DNA from: Chrysemys picta bellii
Taxonomy: Eukaryota
Direction: 5' to 3'
Length of the DNA stretch: 64,000 nt
Assembly: GCF_011386835.1 (NCBI RefSeq)
Contig: NC_088802.1
Span: 57,164,001 to 57,228,000 of the forward strand
Below are positions 53,801-64,000 of this stretch, in pieces; the stretch's first letter is position 1; the number at the start of each line of letters is the position of its first letter. A program made the position numbers and the translations under genes. The notes beneath the pieces were generated by a model. That model searched no databases. It saw only the letters and a list, made by a program, of their open reading frames with translations, and was not told where the DNA came from.

Positions 53801-55129
53801 GAGCTGACATACAATGCCAGTCAGGAACAATTTCTTCTCTGAATAGAAAATAATTGACATGGACTATTAAACCTTGATGGTGGGTTAGAAATCTCCTAGA
53901 TGGTAAAAAGAACAGGAGTACTTGTGGCACCTTAGAGACTAAGGAATTTATTAGAGCATAAGCTTTCGTGGGCTACAGCCCACTTCTTCGGATGCATATG
54001 ATCCGAAGAAGTGGGCTGTAGCCCACGAAAGCTTATGCTCTAATAAATTCCTTAGTCTCTAAGGTGCCACAAGTACTCCTGTTCTTTTTGCAGATACAGA
54101 CTAACACGGCTGCTACTCTGAAACCTCCTAGACAGTGACACCCTTACATGTCCTTTCCCAAAAGGACAATTCTCCACTGAATTTGATCCATTTTCTGACA
54201 GTTTCCCTGTCAGGCTAATTCTGTAGATTACAGAAACTATCCTCCATTTTTTTTTTACTGCCACTCATCATTATGCTATTGGAGCTCATGCAACAAGAGT
54301 TAGGTAAGCAACATGGAAGTCCTTACCAGAGTCTGTCTCTTCTCCCTTTTCTAGTTAGAGGAAGCTCTGTTTGCTGTTGACTTTATTCTTTTAGTGGAAA
54401 AAATATTTGTTGCAAGTGTCATTCTAGTTATGGTGGAAACCTTTACCAAAGGTTAGACCTGAGACTCACTAGTCTAGTCTGGAATTTCATTCCATACCTG
54501 CCTCCTCTCAACTGAGAATTTTCCAGCTCTCACATGCTTTGCTCTAGGTCGTGTGATCCTCATGGTCCCAGAGACGTGCAGGGTCCTGATCCTTAGCAGC
54601 TCTGAAGATTAGGACTATGCCTTTGAAGTGGCAGGGCAAGTGGACAGGGATCCAAGGGAGGGCGGAAGTCTGATGTGCTCACGTGGCTTAGCGGTTCATT
54701 GGATAACAATGATTATAGCGGGGTCCGCACGAGGGGCATTCAACGTCCCAGCACGGGTGAGCACCCACCTCCTCCTGCCTCCTGCGCAGCCCTTCGCGCT
54801 TCTTGCGCCGCCGCTCCAGCTCCCGCACGATATCCTCACACTCGCCCAGGAGCAGGCTCTCCTCAGGGTTCCGCTCCCCCACCGGCTTCTTCAGGATCCG
54901 GGACACCTGCCAGCCGGAGAGCAAAGACACGGTCACCCGCCGCGCCCGCCCGAGGGGGACCGAGGCGGGGTGGGACCGTACTGCGGCGGCGGAGTCCGAC
55001 GAGGGACCCGGGGCAAAAGGGAGGGGGCGGTACCTGTCTGCGCCGGTCCTGCTGCTCCTCCTGCTGCAGAATCTCGGCTCGTGCTACCGCTTTCCGCTCC
55101 GTCCGGCTCAGGCTCCCGCCAGCCGCCAT
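47888..55129 (-). CDS. SIRT7: NAD-dependent protein deacetylase sirtuin-7, 406 aa, 10 exons
   Basis: complement join(55034-55129,54769-54906,52727-52831,51554-51624,51321-51393,50144-50242,49408-49644,49074-49154,48707-48813,47888-48101) = 1221 nt. Motifs: [51 protein letters not shown], zinc-binding CTSC/CHKC, GSSLKV, GWFGRGC. Confidence 0.97.
50613..51123. mobile_element. hAT-type non-autonomous element in SIRT7 intron 5
   Basis: TIRs CAGGGGTGAAAGT...ACTTTCACCCTG. Flanks GTTACATC / GTTACACT match at 6 of 8. Confidence 0.7.
52900..53490 (+). mobile_element. Decayed hAT transposase C-terminal coding remnant in SIRT7 intron 2
   Basis: Broken translation ...[10 protein letters not shown]... 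then ILNYWK...[24 protein letters not shown]...LQDVI, matching the hAT dimerisation domain (YW, SxxERxFS). Stops and frameshifts are present. Confidence 0.7.
53905..54127. mobile_element. Penelope-like element pLTR in inverted (palindromic) arrangement
   Basis: Perfect 89-bp inverted repeat 53905-53993 / 54001-54089 around a 7-nt spacer, continuing into GCAGATACAGACTAACACGGCTGCTACTCTG. Confidence 0.8.
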
Positions 55130-55560
55130 GACAGCCGCAGGATGCCGGCCGCTTCCGGGTACTGAACCAAGAGTAGACAGACCTTGTACTTCCGCTTCCG
55201 GCAACAGAGTCGCGGGGGGGGGGAAAGGATGATATTCACTTCCGGGACAGAGCGGCTATTTCCGGGTAAAGAGAGTAGTTTGGGTTACAGGACAGAGCCC
55301 CCGCCTCTCACGTGCCTTTGCCCCGCCAGCAGCAAAGCCCAGGGGGCGGAGCGGTGCGCCAATGGCGCCTGCGCAGTGACGCGCTTGGGCTCAGCGCCGG
55401 CCGCGGAGCAAGCGGGGCCCTTCGCCTCGCCGGGCCTCCAAACAACACGGGACAGCCGGCGCGCGCCCCCGCCCGACCCTCCCTCAGCCCAGCGCGCGCC
55501 CCCCCCCCCACGCCTGCCCCCCCCCCCCCTCGGCCCAGCGCGCCTCCCCCTCTCCCCTCA
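55130..55560 (-). promoter_or_regulatory. SIRT7 CpG-island promoter
   Basis: Cluster of TTCCG/CCGGAA ETS motifs at about 55150-55265, and YY1-like/NRF1-like AATGGCGCCTGCGCA at about 55361-55375. Confidence 0.7.
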
Positions 55561-55885
55561 GAACTGTGGCGCTGGGTGGTCCCGCGCTGGAGGCGGGAGC
55601 CCGGCCAGGACCTAGACCCTCACTCAGCCGGGCTGGGCCCCTCACGCCTGTGGCCAGGAGCCAGTGCCTCAGCCTAGAGCCCTGCCCGGCTCGAGGAGAG
55701 GCCTGGATACAGCTGTGGGGGTCGGGGGGTCCGTTCAGCGGCTACTCCAAACACCTACCCCCCCCCCGGGGCGCCTGTAGGAGATAGACGTGTGGGTGGA
55801 GGTTGGGGGAGGCTAGGTCGTAACGGGACACGCTGGCCCACTCCAGCCGCAGTATCTCACCCCTCCAACAGTGGCCTAGTGAGAG

Positions 55886-56101
55886 TAGGGTGACCAGACA
55901 TCCCCATATTTCGCGGTGTGCCCTGCGTCGCACCCGATCTTTGGTCAGGCTGCAAATTGTCCCGATATCCGCCGGCCGCGGTTTTTTGCTCCACTGGCAG
56001 GGACTGACTCGCCGCTTCCCCCCACCCCTTTTACTCCACGGGCAGGCACCCCCTCTCCCCCAAGTGTCCCAATATTTGCTTTCCCTCATCTGGTCACACT
56101 A
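55886..56101. mobile_element. Non-autonomous hAT (Tip100-like) MITE
   Basis: Termini TAGGGTGACCAGA...TCTGGTCACACTA with a perfect 8-bp TSD AGTGAGAG. Confidence 0.85.
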
Positions 56102-56327
56102 AGTGAGAGCTTAAGTTTCCCCTGTAAGAGGTCACCATTTGCTAGCACCAGAAGGTGAAGATGGCAAGAGCTAAGGCTCAGCGGTAAAGAGGAGAGGACA
56201 GAAGTTGATAAAGTACAGGTAAGAACTGAAGAGAAACCAACAAAAGAGTCCCATTCACTTGCATCACATGAAGGCAGACAACTAAATAGTGACAAATTTT
56301 AGAAGCGCTTGTATAGAAATGCAAGAA

Positions 56328-56501
56328 GGGGGGAGGGATAGTTCAGTGGTTTGAGCATCGCCCTGCTAAACCCAGGGTTGTGAGTTCAATCCTTGAGGGG
56401 GCCACTTAGGGATCTGAGGCAAAATCAGGACTTGGTCCTGCTAGTGAAGGCAGAGGGCTGGACTCACTGACCTTTCAAGGTCCCTTCCAGTTCTAGGAGA
56501 T
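56328..56501 (+). mobile_element. tRNA-derived SINE with CR1-like 3' tail (tortoise PolIII/SINE type)
   Basis: GGGGAGGGATAGTTCAGTGG (A box)...GTGAGTTCAATCC (B box)...GACCTTTCAAGGTCCCTTCCAGTTCTAGGAGAT. Confidence 0.9.
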
Positions 56502-59120
56502 AAATAAATTAATGGAGATATCTTAGTATTTAGGCTTCTTAAATAAAAATAAGATGGATGAACTCAAGTGCCTAGTATTAAATGAGGATATGGATATAAT
56601 AGGCACCATAGAAACTTAGTGGAATGATAATCAATGGAACACTGAAGAGTCAAATATGGTAAAAATCTTAAATTAATTAAATAGTACTGTAAAATCTCTA
56701 CCAATGGAAGTTCTGTGCTTGAAAAAGAAAGGCATAGCAGTAGGCATATATTACCACCTGACCAGGAGGGTGATGGGGGTTGTGAAATGCTCAGAGAGAT
56801 TAGAGGCTACAAAAACAGAAAACCCAACAATAGTGGGAGATTGCAACTATCCCCATATGAATTGGTACCCGTCCCCCTCAGGATGGGATGCAAAGACAAT
56901 AAAAATGTCTAGACACCATTGACTGCTTCTTGGAGCAGTTTGTCCTGGAACGCACAAGGGGAAGAGGTAATTCTTGATTTAGTCCTAAGGATCTACTCCA
57001 AGATGTGAATGTAGCTGAACCACTTGGTAACAGCAACCATAACATAATTAAATATAACATCTTCGTAGGAAGGAAAATACCAAAGAAACCCATCACAGTA
57101 CCATTTAAGTTCAAAAAGAGGAACTATACAAAAACAAGGCAGCTAGTTACGAATGGTCATGAGAGTGAAATGCCTGCAAATTGCATGGAATTTTTAAAAA
57201 CACCATAATAGAGGCTCAAACAAAATATATACCCGAAATTAACAAAAACAACCAAAAAAAAAGTCACCATGGCTAAACAGCGTAAAACAGGCAGGTAGAG
57301 TTCAAAGAGACATTTTAAGCATTGGAAGTCAAATCCTGCTGAAGAAAATAGAAAGGAGCATAACCTCTGGCAAGTCAAGTGTAAAAATATAATAAGGCAG
57401 GCCAAAAAAGAATTTGAAGAGCAACTAGCAAAAGACACAAAAACTAACCAGCAACATTTTTTTACGTATATGGGAAGCAGGAAGCCTGCCAAACAGTCAC
57501 TGGGGCCACCAGATGACTGAGGTGCTAAAGAAGCACCCAAGGAAGACAAGGCCATTGCAGAGAAACAAAATGAATTCTTTGCATCAGTCTCCACTGCAGA
57601 GGATGTGAGGGAGAGTCCCACACCGTAGTCATTCTTTATAGGTGACAAATCTGAGGAACTGTCCCAGATTGAGGCGTCAATAACAGAAGTTTGGAACACA
57701 CTGAACAGTAATAAATCACCAGGACCAGATGGTATCACCCAAATACGAAATTGCAGAACTACTGTGGTATATAACCTATCGCTTAAATCAGCCTCTGTAC
57801 CAGATGACTGGAGGATAACTAAAGTAATGCCAATTCTTTAAAAAGCCTCCAGAGGCAATCCTGGCAATTACAGGACGGAAAACCTAATCTCAAAGAGCAG
57901 AATGATCGGACAGAGGAACACGATACAATTGGGAAGAGTCAATATAGCTTTTGTAAAGGGAAATCATGCCTCACTAATCTATCAGAATTCTTTGAGGGGG
58001 TCAACCAACCTATGAACAAGGGTGATCCAGTGGATATAGTGCATTTGGACTTTCAGAAACCCTTGACAAGGTCCCTCACCAAAGGCTCTTAAGCAAAGTA
58101 GGCAGTCGTGGGATAAGAGGGATCCCTCTCAGGGATCACTACCTGGTTAAAAGATAAGAAACAGGGTAGAATAAATAGTCAGTTTTCATAGGGGAGAGAG
58201 GTAAACAATGATGTCCCCCCCAAAATCTGTACTGGAACCAGTTCTGTTCACCGTAATCATAAATATGGAAAGGTGTAAACACTGAGGTGGCAAAGTTTGC
58301 AGATACAAAATTCCACAAGACAGACAAGTCCAAAGCTATCTGTGAAGTTATAAAGGGGTCTCACTACACTGGGTAATTGGGCAACAAAATGCAGATTAAA
58401 TTAATTGTTGATAAATGCAAAGTAACCATATTGGAAAACGATCCCAATTATACATTCAAAATGGAGTCTAAATTAGAAAGATCTTGGCGTCATAGTCTGA
58501 AAACATCTGCTCAATATGCAGTGGTAGTCAAAAAAAGCCAACAGAATGTTAGGAACCATAAGGAAGAGGATAGATAAGACAGAAAATACCATAATGCCAC
58601 TATATAAATACATGGTACACCCACACCTTGAATACTGCATACAGTTCTGGTCACCACATCTCAAAAAAAAAAAAAAAAATACATTAGAATTGGAAAAAGT
58701 ATAGAGAAAGGCAAAAAAGGTGATTAGGGGTATGGAACGGTTTCCATGAGAGGAGAGATTAAAAAACTGGTACTGTTCAGCTTGGAAAAGAGATGACTAT
58801 GGTGGGAATATGATAGAGGGCTCTCTCTCTCTCTCTGTACGTATATAAGGTTCATGAATAGTGTGGAGAAAGTAAGTGCTATTTATCCCTTCATATAAAA
58901 CAAGAACCAGGGTCACCCAATGACATTAAATAGGCAGTAGATTTAAAACAAACAAAAGGAAGTATTTCTTCACACAACATACCGTCAACCTGTGGAACTC
59001 ATTACCATGGGATGTTGTGAAGGCCAAAAGGATAACAGGGTTCAAAAAATAATTAGATAAGTTAAATAAAAAATAAAATGTTTATATATATATATACACA
59101 TACACACACACACACACATA

Positions 59121-59292
59121 TCTCATAGAACTGGAAGGGACCTTGAAAGGTCATTGAGTCCAGCCCCCTGCCTTCGCTAGCAGGACCAAGTACTGATTTT
59201 GCCCCAGATCCCTAAGTGGCCCCCTCAAGGATTAAACTCACAACCCTGGGTTTAGCAGGCCACTGCTCAAACCACTGAGCTATCCCTCCCCC
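59121..59292 (-). mobile_element. tRNA-derived SINE, same family
   Basis: Close reverse complement of the 56328 and 63318 copies, adjacent to a (TA)n(CA)n microsatellite. Confidence 0.9.
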
Positions 59293-60304
59293 TGTTCATG
59301 GCAGGGATCCAGCCCCATGTTCTGACTGTCAGAAGCTGGGACTGTACTATAGTAGATGGATCACTTGATAAATTGCCCTCTTCTGTTTATTCCCTTTGAA
59401 GCATTTGGTACAAACCACTGTCAGAAGACAAGATACTTGGCTAGGGATCATTGGTTTGATCCAGTGTGGCCATTCTTATGCCCTCCCTATGTTCTTATCC
59501 TGCCAAAGGCAACACAACGAGTTGCAGGCACATCATGGTGTAGTTGCAGCTTGGAAGAGGCCTTAGAGCCAAAGCCTGCCTTCTCTGTGGAGAGGCTCAT
59601 GACTCTATGGGCTCTAAGTTGGGTAGAGTTTGCCCTGGTGTCTTTGGCCAGCTTGCCCTTGCCACACTGATGTGTGTCCACTACCCCCCCCAACCCCCAG
59701 AGGTATCACATCCCTGGGGCTCTCCAGTGTTCAAAATGAGAAGTGTGCAAGGGGATACTGTGAACCTCTGGGCTCTGATTCTTTGCACCTTGGAGCCTGT
59801 GCTGTAGGGTTTTCTCTCCCTTTACTGCCCCACTGCCAACCTCTAACTTTATTCTCTCCTCTTCCTCCTGCTGAGGGAGGGGATTTCAGCCAAGGCTGGT
59901 TTATGTGTTTTTCCATGGAGCCACGTCTCAGCATCAGGTCAATGGATCCGTCTCTACTCAGTGCTTGTGAAACACTTTAAAGAACGTCTCCACCTGGGGA
60001 AAGATATGGCTGGGTTCTCCCTCCTACCCCAAACTTCAGTTCTAGTCTGGGGCCGCATCTCCTCCATAAAGCAGCCATTCCATCACCCAACAGTGTCCAT
60101 GAAGTGAGATGTAAGTGCCCCTTGCACTCTAGTCCAAAGTATTGCACCTTTCTTGTGTCTTCTGTTCAACACATTGGAGTCTTGTCTACATGCAGTTTTT
60201 GTATTGCTTTAACTATATTGGTTTGAAACTCAGTTAAAGCTGTACAACCCTCTAATGTGGACACAGTTATACCAGCATAGCTTATTCCCATAAGTGGACA
60301 GAAA

Positions 60305-60520
60305 CAAACAATATCACTATAAAGGAGAGATGAGGTATGTAAGGTAATATCTTATTGGTTGATGATTGTGCGTGACCTTGGTGGAAAGGACAAGCTGTTA
60401 AGTTCACAGAGCTCTTCTTCAGGTCTGGAGAAGGTAAACAGATCATCCAAGCTAAATACAACATGGGAGAAATTGTTAAGCATAAGTACTTCACACATGC
60501 TGTAGGAGACCACTTAATTT
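60305..60520 (+). mobile_element. Old Penelope-like fragment
   Basis: GGTAATATCTTATTGG...CACAGAGCTCTTCTTCAGGTCTGG, the same family motifs as 43400-44395. Confidence 0.5.
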
Positions 60521-60928
60521 TAAGTGGACAACTAAGGGTTATCAGGCAGTAGGGTGTATTACAAATTGTTGTAGTGAGTCATCAAACCAGTGTCTCTGTT
60601 AAGGCCATGTTAGTGTCCAGCAGAGCTATGAATTTAAGTTCCCAGGCACTGATAAGGGACTTTTATATCAAGAACGGCATCCCCAGGAGGGGACTGTACA
60701 ATTTAATTTCCTGTAAAGAAGTCACCACTTAACCAAACAGTGAAACTGGTAAAAAAGCTGCATAAACCAGGCCTGGGATGAAAATCAGTGTCTGCAAAAT
60801 GGAAGAGTCGCTCAGTTCAGAAGAGCCCCCCCAATGGAGCAACAGAAGAGCCTGAAACAAACCTTACCACAAGGCTGCCCGCCAAATCCCCAGGGAAGAT
60901 GCTCTGGAATGGGTCTCTTTAAAAGAAG

Positions 60929-60934
60929 TTTATT
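60929..60934 (-). terminator. Poly(A) signal of an upstream minus-strand gene, probably MAFG 3' UTR by synteny
   Basis: AATAAA preceded on minus by a T-rich, UTR-like tract (60935-61260). MAFG follows SIRT7 in human, but no MAFG coding sequence is in the window. Confidence 0.35.
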
Positions 60935-62857
60935 GGTCATATACAAAATAAAGAAAGCCTCATATCAACAAACATACACTATATACAGAAATAAATTAAC
61001 AACACCGCCAACGGGGCCGCAACAGCAAATCCCCGACAGTTATCAACAGATACCTATCTACAGATTGAAAAAGGACAATAATTTAGTAATAAATACTGAT
61101 TATTAGCTGGACTTGGCTTTGTTATAGAAAAGCCTTGGACTGAACATTTTATTACACCCCTGTCAGAGATCTTGCCCCCATTTCTAGTCATTTTTTATAT
61201 TTACAAATTAGATTCTGTTTAATAAAATATTTTTTTTTCCATTTTAGAGTCCGTTTAAAACGGAAAAGAAGCAAATACATAATTCAGAACTGAGCCTTGC
61301 AGGCCCGGTCCTCATGTTTGACACAAGCCAATATTGACACTGCAGGGCAGCATAGCCTGGGCTGCAGCCAAGGCACCCTCGTCCTGTCACTTCGTGCCCA
61401 GGATGTTATTTCTCCAATAACATTCCAGTTTGGCCAAGGGTGTAATAAACTCCGGGCAGACTGCAGTGAGGTCACACTTCAGGCAGGGCTCAGCAGTTTG
61501 GTAGCTCCTTCTCCCCTTGGAATAGGGCAGGGACTCCACTCCCACTGCTCCACCATTGCACTCTGGGAATTCATGGCAGCACAGTACTGCCCTCCACTAG
61601 GGAGCGGTTCATATGGCTGCCCCAGAGAGGAACCGGGGCTGCAGAATCATTCACACAGGCTGTACCCAGAGGTATCATACACAAGCATCCAAAGCTCACT
61701 CATGCACCCAACCTGGCTGCTCCTACTCCCAAAGGGAGCAAAGCCAGCTACTGAGCAGAGAGAGTATTGCCCCATCCAGGCTGCCCCTTAGCACCTGCCA
61801 GCCCCGCAGCTGAAAGGGGCCCAGCACTACCTCCTCATATCTGAGTGGGGAGGGGAGTCAGTGTACTCACAGGTCCCCACCCTTCCCTTTACTATGGTGG
61901 GAGGCAGCAGCGTACCCTGGCAGGAAGGGAACCTTCCTCTGAGGTGAGAGCGTTAGTGTTTGTTCCTGCCAGAAAAACCACAGCTTGAAGCACGGAGCTT
62001 CATTCAGGAAGGCGCCTGCAAGCAAAAGGAGCAGTCCCCTCCCAGCGATGTCGTCCCTGTGGGCTGGTGAAAGGACAGGACACAGCCCCCATCTAGCCAT
62101 TACCCTCTGGCCACTAGGGGTGTGGCCTCTGCTCATAAAAGGTTGGAAGAGATATGCCACCCCCAGCTCTTCACAAATCCCCCTCCCCCCCCACGCCCAA
62201 TGCATTTCATACCAGAGACCCAGGGATGGTGGTGACCATCCAGGATCTCACACACACACCAGCCAACCCAAGGGGAGAGTGCTCTGCGTGCCCTTCCCCA
62301 CCTGCATGAACCCTCACAGAGCAGTCCTAGTCCTGCCTACACACTGCAGTCTGCCTCTTCCTCTCCCTAAAGGGAAATATCCATCATGTTGCCTAAGCCA
62401 AGAGATCACTTTACACAATTCACCACAACATACACAAGTCCCTGTGCACGCCCTGGGTGGGACAGCCACGCCTACACCCAGCCATGCGAGGGTGGATACA
62501 CTTCACGGGTTCGCTTTGCAGCCAGGCCAGGAGCAAAAACCCCACCCGCTGCGTCAAAAAGGTACCAGAGAAAGAAAACACAACACCCTTCACAGCAGGA
62601 AACCAAATGAACAAGCACCTCGAAAACAAGAACTGTCACACTCTGAAACGCTATATATGAGAGAGAGAGAGAGAGAGAAAAATCAAGTGAGGGGTTGGGG
62701 GGCCTGACTCACTGGGACAATCCATAAACACAAGAAGCTGACTGGTGCTGGGGTGAGTGGGGGAGTGCCCCCTTTAGCATAAACGGGGGATTCCCTGAAC
62801 ACAGGGGCAAGAAGGTATTCAGAGTTTATACTTCACTAAAATCAAAGAACCAAAACC

Positions 62858-63057
62858 ACTGACGTGGGGCACAGACCACAGGGAGCTGCCCAGAACCCCT
62901 TCAACACACCGGACACTGACGTGGGGCAGAGCACAGACCACAGAGAGCTGCCCAGAACCCCTTCAACACACCGGACACTGACGTGGGGCAGAGCACGACC
63001 TGCAGGGAGCTGCCCAGAGCCCCTCCAACACACCGGTCACTGACATGGGGCAGAGGC
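62858..63057. repeat. About 60-bp minisatellite, about 3.3 copies
   Basis: Unit CACTGACGTGGGGCAGAGCACAGACCACAGGGAGCTGCCCAGAACCCCTTCAACACACCGGA. Confidence 0.85.
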
Positions 63058-63317
63058 ACCAAGCACAGAGAAGGGAAGCAATTTGCCCAAGGTCACACCC
63101 GGAGCCAGTGGCTGAGCCAAGAGTGGAACCCAGGAGTCCTGGCCCCCAGCGCTGAGTTCATGACTCCACATCACACAACCACAGTTTTGCTGACTTTGCA
63201 CCTAAATCCTCTATGTTGAGATGTGATGTTACTGAATATGCTCAGCCAATCAGAGAGCTGTTTGGGATAACAGACTAACAAGCACAATAAACGAAAACGT
63301 CAAGAAGTGGAAAAGAC

Positions 63318-63490
63318 GGGGGAGGGATAGCTCAGTGGTTTGAGCATTGGCCTGTTAAACCCAGGGTTGAGAGTTCAATCCTTGAAGGAGCCACTTGGGG
63401 ATCTGGGGCAAAATCAGTACTTGGTCCTGCTAGTGAAGGCAGGGGGCTGGACTTGATGACCTTTCAAGGTCCCTTCCAGTTCTAGGAGAT
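63318..63490 (+). mobile_element. tRNA-derived SINE, same family
   Basis: GGGGGAGGGATAGCTCAGTGG...GAGTTCAATCC...CAAGGTCCCTTCCAGTTCTAGGAGAT. Confidence 0.9.
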
Positions 63491-64000
63491 GGGATATCTC
63501 CATTAATTATAAAAAATTATATTCTGTCTGAGTCAGTGTCTGCTCTCTCCGTCCTCCAGCACTCATGGAACCCAGCCCTAAAGCATCCTCTCCTGGTAAG
63601 ACATGGACCAGGACTCCTCTGAAGATGGATGATGGGTGAGATGTCAGTCAGGGAGGGAAGTTCCAGGCTGTTAGTAGGACGGAAAGGGATTGGCAGCCAC
63701 TAACAGGGGTCTCTCTGGCCACGTGCATCTTCTCAGGAAGATGGTCACCACCTGCTCCTTCTGTTGCACAAAAGTTGATGGGGCCTCCTCAAACCAAACC
63801 CTCTTGGAGCAAGAGCACAGCACCCAGCTCGCTATATAAACACACCCCTGGCAACAGCGTCCCCTGCATCCCAGGCAGGGTAGACATGCTAGGCTGGCTC
63901 AGAACTGCCTTCTGCACTCAACTTCATGTGGGGAACCCAATTTCAAGCTGGTTCTAAGGGGAGTCTGGACTTGGTATTCTGGGCTCATTTCAGGGGTCTG

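Larger units (their letters stand above)
56200..59497 (+). mobile_element. Long decayed CR1 LINE (endonuclease and RT remnants, 3' tail), interrupted by two SINEs
   Basis: ORF2 start remnant (CLY.NAR) at about 56305-56327, endonuclease motifs (DIIG..ET, VGDCNYP, LDLVL, SNHNII), RT-region remnants, and a 3' tail ending TTCTTATG. Many stops and deletions. Confidence 0.85.

Noticed and set aside
56328-56410. tRNA genes at the SINE heads (also 59121-59292 and 63318-63490)
   Set aside because: The A and B boxes are followed by a non-tRNA body and a CR1-like tail, so these are SINEs.
63554-63600. Plus-strand mini-exon (MEPSPKASSP, GTAAG donor)
   Set aside because: Too short to distinguish from chance, with no partner exons in the window.
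59500-64000. MAFG coding exons
   Set aside because: I found no MTTPNKG or bZIP (LKNRGYAASCR) sequence on either strand. At most, the 3' UTR is in the window.

Overview
Vertebrate genomic DNA, most likely from a turtle: it carries tRNA-derived SINEs with CR1-type tails, CR1 LINEs, Penelope-like elements and hAT/Harbinger/Tc1 MITEs typical of that group. The species cannot be determined from the sequence. The window is syntenic with human 17q25.3. Gene order is ALYREF (-, exons 1-2 only), a bidirectional CpG promoter, ANAPC11 (+), NPB (+), a 9-exon G-protein alpha-subunit gene (-), PCYT2 (-, 13 exons), SIRT7 (-, 10 exons), a repeat-rich interval, and a probable 3' end of the next minus-strand gene (MAFG by synteny; no MAFG CDS seen). 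The main result is the G-alpha gene at 10152-26760. I spliced it by hand into an uninterrupted 361-aa ORF with GT-AG junctions, a CpG-island 5' end and a poly(A) signal. Its sequence matches the fifth G-alpha class, Gv (GNAV1), rather than Gi/o, Gq, Gs or G12. As I recall the literature, Gv is known from fishes and invertebrates and considered lost in tetrapods, and human NPB and PCYT2 are direct neighbours. Secondary observations: a U12-type intron in PCYT2; the first AATAAA after the PCYT2 stop lying inside the GNAV1 promoter behind a 64-bp minisatellite; and a perfect 89-bp-arm Penelope-derived palindrome with a minimal hammerhead-ribozyme-like motif in SIRT7 intron 2. All coordinates were counted by hand, and no database searches were run.
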